Part shown: piece after piece, positions 1 through 7,603 of the stretch
Layout of the letters: every line of letters begins with the position of its first letter
How positions within the stretch are numbered: the stretch's first letter is position 1
The notes under the pieces: generated by a model
Databases searched by the model: none
What the model was told of the DNA's origin: nothing
What the model saw: only the letters and a program-made list of their open reading frames with translations
Origin: a virus
DNA length: 19,369 bases
Virus record (IMG/VR): IMGVR_UViG_3300045988_082853
Location: 1-19,369 of that record
Reading direction: 5' to 3' (one strand)
Program-made: the position numbers and the translations under genes

Positions 1-1
1 A

Positions 2-211
2 AAAGTAAATAAAATATTAACTGGATTATTAGTAATCTCTATGTTTGTCGCTGGTTTTAGACTTTATAACGAGTACCATAATGTACAGAAAGAAAGATTA
101 GCTAAAATCGAAAATGCCTATTATAAATGCCAAGATTATCTTTGGGAACATCCTGGTGAATTAGATAGACAACAAATTGACTCATTGTATAACCATTATT
201 TAAATGAATAA
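2..211 (+). CDS. 3' end of a small membrane-anchored protein (start lies off-window)
   Basis: The frame is open from the window edge to TAA 209-211. It reads KVNKILTGLLVISMFVAGFRLYNEY..., one hydrophobic helix followed by a charged tail. No family recognised. Confidence 0.45.
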   Translation, partial: KVNKILTGLLVISMFVAGFRLYNEYHNVQKERLAKIENAYYKCQDYLWEHPGELDRQQIDSLYNHYLNE

Positions 212-213
212 TT

Positions 214-1119
214 ATGAAAACAGTAAATAATTGATTTAGAAATAATCCAGATTGAAAAAGTAAAATATTTATAGAACGCTATTTAAAGACAACTGGATGT
301 AATGTTATTTGGAATTCTAATCAATATTCTAAATTCGATGGATATATTGATTATAATAATAAAAGAATTCCTCTCGAACTAAAAGTGAGAGATTTATATT
401 CATTCTCTTATAAAGAAACACTTATTGATTACAAAAAATATATAAATCTAGTAAATGATAAGGGTATATTAATAGTTATATTTAAAGATTGCTTTATAAT
501 ATTTAAAGATGTAAAATCTGCTTTTAGTAATAGTCATTTTATATACTGTAGATCTACAACATCATTTGATGGATATTATGGTAACTTTAAAAAGTATTAT
601 TTAAATATTGCTAAAGGTAAAAAAGTTAATATAGATACAACTTTTTGTTATACTGGAGAAATATGAAAGAAAATTAAAGGCTATGATTATGAAGTTAGTA
701 CAAACGGTAATATTAGAAATAAGTTTGGCAAATTATTAAAACCGCATTATATAAAAGGTTATTATAATGTATGCTTATATTCTAATAAAGTTAGAAAAGA
801 ATTTATGGTACATAGATTAGTAGCTGATACATTTATTGGGATAAATTCTGAACTAGAAGTAAATCATATTAACGAAAACAAACTTGATAATAGAATTGAG
901 AACTTAGAGTGATGTGATAGAGAGTATAATATGAATTATGGAACTAGAAGCAAGAAAGTATCACAATATAATTTAGATGGATGCTTTATAAGGCAATATC
1001 CAGGAGCAGGATATGCTGCAAGAGAAGTAGGATGTTCAGCAACTACTATTAAAGATGCCTGTCGAGGAAGATTTGGGCATAATAAAGCTGTAGGATATAT
1101 GTGAGCTTATGAACAATAA
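214..1119 (+). CDS. NUMOD4/HNH homing endonuclease fused in frame, through a TGA, to a PD-(D/E)xK-like N-terminal domain (301 aa if TGA = Trp)
   Basis: ATG 214 opens a single frame to TAA 1117-1119 when the TGAs at 232, 253, 664, 910 and 1102 are read as Trp. The C-terminal half reads W(TGA)KKIKGYDYEVSTNGNIRN...VHRLVADTFI...VNHINENKLDNRIENLEW(TGA)CDREYN, the NUMOD4 plus HNH_3 signature, followed by an IENR1-like HTH (YAAREVGCSATTIKDACRG). The N-terminal ~150 aa carries FDGYIDYNNKRIPLELK (D-x13-E-x-K), a weak hint of a PD-(D/E)xK nuclease. The HNH part has no ATG of its own. Confidence 0.7.
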
Positions 1120-1411
1120 TGAAATTTTAGAAAAGTATTATCCATTTATTTTGGAATTAAAGCATAAGTTTGGAGCTAATGATGATTGTACTCAAATGAT
1201 ATGTATGGACATACTGGAAACACCTCATTCTAAACTCCAAAGTCTTCATAATAAGAATGAATTAAAATATTGAATTACCAGAGTATTTAAAAATTACTGG
1301 TTTTCTAAAAATAGTAGATATTACTATCAATATAAGAAATATTATGAGATAGTTAAGGAACCTATTGAACAGCAAATTATCGATGAAGAAAACTATGCAG
1401 AAGAAGATTAA
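1109..1411 (+). CDS. sigma-70 region-2-like protein (N-terminal half of an ECF-sized sigma factor)
   Basis: ATG 1109 overlaps the upstream gene end, and the stop is TAA 1409-1411. One TGA (1271) is read as Trp. DDCTQMICMDIL...LKYW(TGA)ITRVFKNYWFSKNSRYYY resembles sigma region 2 (DxxQ ... WLxxIxxN). Confidence 0.5.
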
Positions 1412-1643
1412 CATAGATGATATTATGGCGGAATATGATTTAGACTTTAGTATATTTACAGAGATGAATGATAGATTAATTGAAGTATATCCAAAATGGA
1501 CATCTCTAAATAAAGCCGATAAAACAGTTATGGTATTATATGCCGAATATCAAAGTTATAGAGAAGTTGGAAAGATACTTGGAATTAGCCATACAACTAT
1601 AGCAAGGGCAATAGCTAACATTAGAAATAAAATATGTGGTTAA
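1383..1643 (+). CDS. sigma-70 region-4 / HTH protein (C-terminal half of a sigma factor)
   Basis: The first ATG is at 1383 (the track starts at TTG 1365) and the stop is TAA 1641-1643. DKTVMVLYAEYQSYREVGKILGISHTTIARAIANIRNKI is a typical region-4 HTH. The ORF overlaps the previous one by 29 nt in the +1 frame. Confidence 0.6.
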   Translation: MKKTMQKKINIDDIMAEYDLDFSIFTEMNDRLIEVYPKWTSLNKADKTVMVLYAEYQSYREVGKILGISHTTIARAIANIRNKICG

Positions 1644-1773
1644 AGTATGAGATTCTATAAGAGAAATAAAAAGATGCTTGGGATATGATAATGGAACCAT
1701 TTCCAAGTTTTGTAGGAATAAAGTAAATTGGAAACATTGTTATGGGTTTATTTGGAAGTATTCTAATAATTAA
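1636..1773 (+). CDS. mini-ORF with an IENR1/NUMOD1-like HTH (possible homing-endonuclease DNA-binding remnant)
   Basis: The frame is open from 1612 to TAA 1771-1773, and the only plausible start is GTG 1636. It reads VKVW(TGA)DSIREIKRCLGYDNGTISKFCRNKVNWKHCYGFIWKYSNN, the pattern seen at C-termini of GIY-YIG/HNH homing endonucleases. The start and the reality of this ORF are uncertain. Confidence 0.3.
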
Positions 1774-1795
1774 TACTGTTATAGTTATATATACT

Positions 1796-2074
1796 ATGTC
1801 AGGAATTGATATTCCTATAAGGAAAAGATTATGAAATTACTTATATAGAGGATTACCATTTAATGAAGATTGAATGATTAAGCCTTGGGTGTGTAGTTGG
1901 TGTTTAGGCACCTGAATTGGTATAATTAGTTTATTTTGATTTGGGTTTAGTTTGCCGAACTTATTATTAGTATTGCTAGTTGCATACTATAACGACTTAA
2001 TTAAAGATATTATGATATTATTAAAAGATCTATTTAATAAGCTAATAGATTTGATTTATAAAGTCATTAACTAA
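1796..2074 (+). CDS. small membrane protein with a CxxC...W motif (DUF1360-like pattern)
   Basis: ATG 1796 to TAA 2072-2074, with four in-frame TGAs (1832, 1871, 1913, 1937). It reads ...KPWVCSWCLGTW(TGA)IGIISLFW(TGA)FGFSLPNLLLVLLVAYY, a C-x2-C-x3-W motif leading into transmembrane helices. Confidence 0.6.
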
Positions 2075-2095
2075 CAATTATATATTTTATAGAAA

Positions 2096-2416
2096 ATGAA
2101 CAAATTAACTAACGAACAGTACAATTATTTAAGCCAATTTGAAGATAGAATGCGATGCGCTCTTCATTCTAATTACTGCCGAAATATTCAGCGTAATGAT
2201 TTATTAACAATTAAAGAGATATATGAGTCTCTTATTGGCACTACTTATAAGATGTCTATGAGTTGCTCTACTTGTATGTTGAATCTAATGAAGAGAATTG
2301 CAGTGCCTTATTTTGAATATCAAAACGAATTAGCAAATGGAACAGTTACCAAAGAAAGTGGGGAGACCGAAAAAGGAAGAAGTACCACAAGAACAAATAG
2401 ACGAAAAAAAGACTAG
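2096..2416 (+). CDS. hypothetical Cys-rich protein
   Basis: Intact 106-aa ORF from the track, ending at TAG. It contains CALHSNYC and SCSTC. The last 80 nt overlap the TerS frame, and the basic C-terminal tail may be an out-of-frame artefact. Confidence 0.5.
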   Translation: MNKLTNEQYNYLSQFEDRMRCALHSNYCRNIQRNDLLTIKEIYESLIGTTYKMSMSCSTCMLNLMKRIAVPYFEYQNELANGTVTKESGETEKGRSTTRTNRRKKD

Positions 2417-2777
2417 ATACTTATATGCTGCAAAGCTATTTAATAAAGGCTGATCCAGAAATAAAGTAAGCGAAGAATTACAAGCTAAATATAATGTTAG
2501 TCAATCAACAGCTGCTCGATATATTGGTGAAGCCTATAAAATAATTGCAGATAAGAATGATAATCTTATTAAGAATCTACGTCATATACAATTAACAAGA
2601 TTGGAGACATTATTAGATATGGCACTCGCTAAAGGTGATATTAGATCTGCAAATGAGGTTATTAAAACTATAAATTCAATGTTTGGATTAAATACACCTG
2701 AAATACAAGTTAATATACAAAATAACGAATGCCAGTTTAAATTTGGAGATCCTATTTTAAATGACAAAGATATATAA
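2337..2777 (+). CDS. terS: terminase small subunit
   Basis: ATG 2337 to TAA 2775-2777, with one TGA (2451) read as Trp. The N-terminus is MEQLPKKVGRPKKEE, followed by an HTH-like AAKLFNKGW(TGA)SRNKVSEELQAKYNVSQSTAARYIGEAY and a helical oligomerisation-like tail. It lies immediately upstream of TerL and overlaps it by 17 nt. Confidence 0.7.
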
Positions 2778-4008
2778 AGGATACAGTCCATTCGTTTATC
2801 AGTTTAAAGTACATACTGCTATGAACGAATCGTATAGATCAGGTAAAGTATATACAATTAAAGCTAAACGACAAGTTGGTAAATCTTTACTTGCCGAAAA
2901 TGAACTTTTAAGATTTGCAATAAATTATCCAGGTACAGTTAATTGTATAGTTGAACCTACTTTAGGGCAATCTAGAAAGGTATTTAAGGAAATAGTTAAT
3001 GCAACAATAGACTCTGACATTATAAAGAGAAAGAATGAAACTCTTTTGGAATTAGAGTTTACTAATAATAGCTCGATACTCTTTAGATCTGGAGAACAGA
3101 TGGATTCTTTACGAGGATTCTCAGTAAGTGGATTACTTGTATTAGATGAGGCTGCTTATTTAAAAGATGAAGTATTTGAGATTATAAAGCCTACTACAGA
3201 CGTATGATCTGCTCCAATCTTAATAATCAGTACACCTAGATTTAGAGAGGGATTCTTTTATGAATGCTTTATAAAAGGACAAGATCCAAAATATGAAAAG
3301 TTTTATAAATCATTTGATTGAGCATTAGAAGATACATCTATGCTGCTTGATAAAGAGAAGCTGGAAATGTATCGATTAACTACTTCCAAAAATAAATTTA
3401 AGACTGAATATCTTGGAGAATTTGCAGACGATGATGGATGTCTATTTAATAACATATCAGAATGTATATTAAGTGAAAAACCTTCATATACAAACCTTTA
3501 TATAGGAGTAGACTGAGCAACTGGAAGTGGCAAAGACTATACTTGCGTCACTGCTTTAAATGAAAAAGGCCAAATGGTATTTATTAAATATTTTAACGAC
3601 AAAACTCCAACGGAACAGGTTGATATACTGACATCTATATTCTCTGAATATCAAGATGTTATAAAGACAGTACAAGTTGAACAGAATTCAATTGGTAGTG
3701 TTTTTTATGATCTTCTTATTAAGAAGAATCCTAAAATACATATAGTTAAGTTTTTAACTACTAATTCTTCTAAAGCTAACCTTGTTAATAAGCTACAAGC
3801 TGCATTAGAGAATGGTAAAATTGGATTATTAAAAGATGATAAACTTTTAAATGAGTTGAGGTTATATGAAGCTAGTTACAATCCGAGAACTGGAAATGTA
3901 ACATATAACGCACCATCTGGATTTAATGACGATACAGTGATTAGTCTTATGTTGGCATACGACTCTTTAAATAACACTAAAGGTAAATATAACTTAAAAT
4001 TTAAATAA
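2761..4008 (+). CDS. terL: terminase large subunit (415 aa)
   Basis: The track pieces 2761..3207 and 3574..4008 plus the stretch between them share one frame, joined by TGAs at 3205, 3319 and 3514. Motifs present are Walker A KAKRQVGKS, Walker B LLVLDEAAY, TPR coupling motif (IISTPR), and nuclease motif YIGVDW(TGA)ATGSGKDYT ... FNDDTVISLMLA. The stop is TAA. Confidence 0.9.
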
Positions 4009-4009
4009 T

Positions 4010-4669
4010 ATGAATGTAGCAACAAAATGGGAAGAAGTCTCTTTAAAGAAATATGAGGAATTAATGCAATTTATTAAAGAAAACGTTAAGATGACTGATT
4101 TAGATAGAAGTATTGAAATATATGCTATTTTATCTGATAATAGAGATGAGGCTAGAGAAGAATTATTAAATATGCCTGTAGATAATCTTGGTAAAGAGCT
4201 TTCTAAAGTGCAGTTTATTATTAATAAATACAAGAGTAAAATTCCCGATACAGAATATACGATAGATGGAAATAAATATACAGTACAGTTGAATCTTAAA
4301 AGTATGACTGCTGCTCAGTATATTGACTTTCAAAATTTCTATAAAGATTATGAACATAACATTAAATATATATTTTTATGCTTTTTAATACCAAAAGGTA
4401 AGAAATATGGAGAAGATTATGATGTAATGGAATTAGCAGATTCTTTATATGATAAAATTCCAGTAACTATTGTAACAGATATAATGATTTTTTTTTGCCG
4501 CTTATTAAAAGGCTTAACAGTAGCTACCCTAATCTCTTCAATCAGGGAGATGAAGAAGATATTGAAGAAGGAGAAGGATCCAGTGAAAAAATATCAATTA
4601 CGGAAAATGATCGTACAAGCGAGAACAACTCTGAGTTTAGTGCAAAATGAAATTGGATCTGTTGAATAG
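4010..4669 (+). CDS. tail-assembly-chaperone-like protein, zero-frame product (219 aa)
   Basis: Intact ORF ending at TAG 4667-4669. It is a helical acidic protein (KWEEVSLKKYEELMQFI...MTAAQYIDFQNFY). It contains a U9 run at 4488-4496, and a long open -1 frame follows that run. Confidence 0.6.
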   Translation: MNVATKWEEVSLKKYEELMQFIKENVKMTDLDRSIEIYAILSDNRDEAREELLNMPVDNLGKELSKVQFIINKYKSKIPDTEYTIDGNKYTVQLNLKSMTAAQYIDFQNFYKDYEHNIKYIFLCFLIPKGKKYGEDYDVMELADSLYDKIPVTIVTDIMIFFCRLLKGLTVATLISSIREMKKILKKEKDPVKKYQLRKMIVQARTTLSLVQNEIGSVE

Positions 4670-4812
4670 ACAGAGTTAGTGAAACTACTCGATTAAATTG
4701 GCATCAAGTATATGATATGCAAATAAATGAGTTCTTGAATATTATATGCTATATAATAGATAAGGGTAATGAGGAAAAACGACAAATAGAAGAATGAAAG
4801 AGACGTCATTAA
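4010..4812 (+). CDS. candidate -1 frameshift fusion product (about 267 aa; join 4010..4495, 4495..4812)
   Basis: The -1 frame is open from 4456 to TAA 4810-4812, with TGAs at 4648, 4663 and 4795 read as Trp. It encodes a protein-like sequence: ...NLFNQGDEEDIEEGEGSSEKISITENDRTSENNSEFSAKWNWICWIDRVSETTRLNWHQVYDMQINEFLNIICYIIDKGNEEKRQIEEWKRRH. A slip on U UUU UUU (4489-4495) joins the two frames. Confidence 0.45.
4488..4496 (+). promoter_or_regulatory. U9 slippery run (X XXY YYZ = U UUU UUU in the zero frame)
   Basis: Nine consecutive T at 4488-4496. The zero-frame codons are ATT TTT TTT TGC. Both the 0 and -1 frames stay open downstream, for 58 and 105 codons respectively. Confidence 0.45.
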
Positions 4813-4851
4813 AATTTAAAGTTTTTATTTTTCTTATACCTAAAAGTTACA

Positions 4852-4892
4852 AAAAAACTTGACACTTAATAGGGAGCAAATCTCCCTATTAA
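4852..4892 (+). promoter_or_regulatory. AAAAAACTTGACA motif followed by a perfect 11-bp inverted repeat (operator or RNA hairpin)
   Basis: AAAAAACTTGACA lies at 4852-4864 and is identical to 13478-13490. It is followed by TTAATAGGGAG (4866-4876), loop CAAAT, and CTCCCTATTAA (4882-4892). There is no TATAAT at N17 and no T-tract after the stem. Confidence 0.4.
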
Positions 4893-4932
4893 TGTTAGGT
4901 ACTTATATCCAATAAATTATATTTTAGAAAAA

Positions 4933-5412
4933 ATGACAAATCAAGACTTACAATTCAATAATTTGCAAGCAGTTCTAAATCAATATGGAGAACAGCTTAT
5001 TTCTTTATATAGACAAAAATTGCTTCAGACTAATACAGATGCTACTGGTACATTGGGTAACACATTAAATTATATTGTTGAAACAAATGAAGGTTTATTT
5101 GAGCTTAGTTTAAGAATTCAAGATTACTGGAAATATGTTGAAGAGGGGAGAGGTCCTGGTAAATATCCTCCAATTAATGATATTAAGAATTGGATAAGAG
5201 TAAAACCAGTTACTCCAACTATTTATAATGAAAAGTTACCAACTATAGATCAACTTGCTTATTTAATTGCAAGAAAGATTCATTTAAGGGGTACCAGAGG
5301 AAAATATTTATTACAAGCTTCATTAGATGAATTATCGGTATTCGATTTATTAGATGAAGCTATTACAAAAGATTTAGAAATTCAAGTTAATAATGTATTT
5401 AAAAATTTTTAA
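4933..5412 (+). CDS. HK97-gp10-like head-tail / tail-completion protein
   Basis: Intact 159-aa ORF ending at TAA. ATGTLGNTLNYIVETNEGLFELSLRIQDYWKYVEEGRGPGKYPP resembles the tG.L..s....YA.yVE.G core of the HK97 gp10 family. Confidence 0.55.
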   Translation: MTNQDLQFNNLQAVLNQYGEQLISLYRQKLLQTNTDATGTLGNTLNYIVETNEGLFELSLRIQDYWKYVEEGRGPGKYPPINDIKNWIRVKPVTPTIYNEKLPTIDQLAYLIARKIHLRGTRGKYLLQASLDELSVFDLLDEAITKDLEIQVNNVFKNF

Positions 5413-5415
5413 AAT

Positions 5416-7602
5416 ATGGCAGAATTAACACCTTCAAAGTTAGGAATTAACTCTACAGGTACTTTTAAGGTTTATTATAGTGCTGGTCAAATGGCAACTA
5501 ATGGTACTTATGATAACCTTTATTTATATCCTGAAGTTGCAGGTTTAAGTGGAACTATTACAGATCAAACAACTTCTGGCTGTACTATTAATATTACGAA
5601 TACAGCAGCTATTACTCAAGATCAGAATGTTACTTGTTCCTTCTCAGTAAATAATGACATTACAAAACCTGCAATTGTAAATTTCCCAATAAGACTGCAT
5701 AAAGATGCAGAAGGATTTTATCCAGATACAAGAACAATAACTGTACCAAATACTGGAGGAAGTTATACAGTAACTTTACAAACTAACTACGCAAATATTA
5801 AAAAATGAGATGTATCTGTTACAAGAGCAGACGCATTAGCAACAGTTACAGTATTAGATTTTGATTCATCTTATGTTAAATTTAAAATAGATGTTTCTGA
5901 AAATACGGAATGAACAGAAGATTTAACTGGAAGTATTGGTATAATTGGAATTAATACTAGTAATAGACGCATTGGTTGAAGATACTTATTTACAATTGCT
6001 AAATCAGATACACCTTCAGATTTAAATTTAATAGTTACTCCAGCTTCTGCAAATTATGATGCTGCTTTAATAGTTACAAATAAATTTTATTTAACTACTA
6101 CAAAAACGGAAGAGACTATTTCATCATTTAATGTTGTATGTAGTCAAGCAAGTAATATATTAAATAATACTGAAGATAATTCTTTTATTTTAACTTTACC
6201 TGAAAACGATACAGTAAATGATTTATCATTTGATGCATCAGTAACTGCACAAACATCTGGAGGATATACAATTAAAGCAACAGTACCTATTACTCAAAGT
6301 AAAACCTACTTGACTTTACCTGTTACAAATTATGATATAAGTTATTCTCAAAGTACATTAACTATTAATGGATTAAGTTCAAATAATATTAGTGCTAGTG
6401 ATGTAGTATTTGCAATTCCAGAAGATGCACAATCTTGAATAAGCTCTCCTAAATTTACATATAATAATGGAAACGCAATAATTACTTTTAATGTTACTGA
6501 AAATACTAGTTTATCAAGAAGAAATACTACAATCGGTATATCTGTAGTTAAAAATAGTAGTAGTATTATTAACTTATCTATAAATGTAAATCAAGCTGTT
6601 AAATCAGATATATCTCCGATTTGGAAAGATTATATTTGGGCTGAGGAAACCTTAGATGACTTTATAGAGTATCATTTAGATGATGGAGGAACTACAATTT
6701 ATGCAGGAAAAGCATATAAGTATCCAGGTGCAGATAGAGTAGAATTCTTATTAAATAGTGTAACTGAGAATTATTTATCTAATGGAATTTCATTCCCAAC
6801 TACATTAAGTACAAGCATTATGCCTAATTACTTGAAAGACTTTACTTTAGTAACCTCAACTGGAAATGAGAAGCCAATTATATTCTTTAATGACTGGTCT
6901 TATAAAGATACAGATTTAACAAGCGGATACTTCTTGAGCGATCCAATTACTGGCTTAATTGATCCAAGACAATATGTAATGGCAAGTTGGATATTACCTA
7001 CTGGAGAAGGTTTAGTTAATAGGTTCTTTTATAAAGATGGAGTTCAAAATGTAATTGATGTTACTTTAAGAAGTGGTATTAATGGTTATACATTTGTTGA
7101 GAATATAACTAATCTGCAATTAGGTTGTGGAGATTATATAGTTATAGCGTTTGTAGTTTCTGGAACTATTAGTCAAAAGCAAATTAAATATACAATAGAT
7201 AATACTGGAAAAGATTACGTTCTGTATTATGTAAATGCAGCTGGAGGATGGGATTCATTATTAATTGAAGGTAATGTTAAAAAGACTGATGAATTTGAAT
7301 CTGAGAGCTATATAAAACGAGTATTGAGACCCTCAACAGAGTTTGCAAGAAATAAATACCTGAATACTATTACTTCCAGTTGGACTTTATATACAGGTTA
7401 TTTAAATGATGAACAAGCATCTAAAATGTATAATCTGTTAGAATCTACTCAAGTATATTTACATAACCTTAAAGATAATACAATTACTCCAGTACTGATT
7501 ACAGATACAAGTTGTGAGTATAAGACTTATACAAATCAAGGTAAGAATAAGTTCTATTACACAATTAATGTAGAATCATCACAAGACAATTATAGAAAAT
7601 AA
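5416..7602 (+). CDS. tail/baseplate protein (728 aa): N-terminal Ig/BACON-like beta-sandwich repeats plus a distal-tail-like C-terminal domain
   Basis: Track pieces 5416..5808 and 6820..7602 share one frame. The interval between them has no TAA or TAG, and TGAs lie at 5806, 5911, 5977 and 6436. Repeated modules read ...GGSYTVTLQTNYANIKKW(TGA)DVSV... and ...AQSW(TGA)ISSPKFTYNNGNAIITFNVTENTSLSRRNTTIGISV (BACON-like W...N...R pattern). The C-terminal domain includes YVLYYVNAAGGWDSLLIEGN. The stop is TAA. Confidence 0.75.
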
Positions 7603-7603
7603 T

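Noticed and set aside
2761-4008. Alternative reading: the fragmented ORFs are pseudogenes of a decaying prophage
   Set aside because: About 34 interruptions across a dozen genes are all TGA, never TAA, TAG or frameshifts. They also fall at positions where conserved motifs need Trp. Random decay would not produce that pattern.
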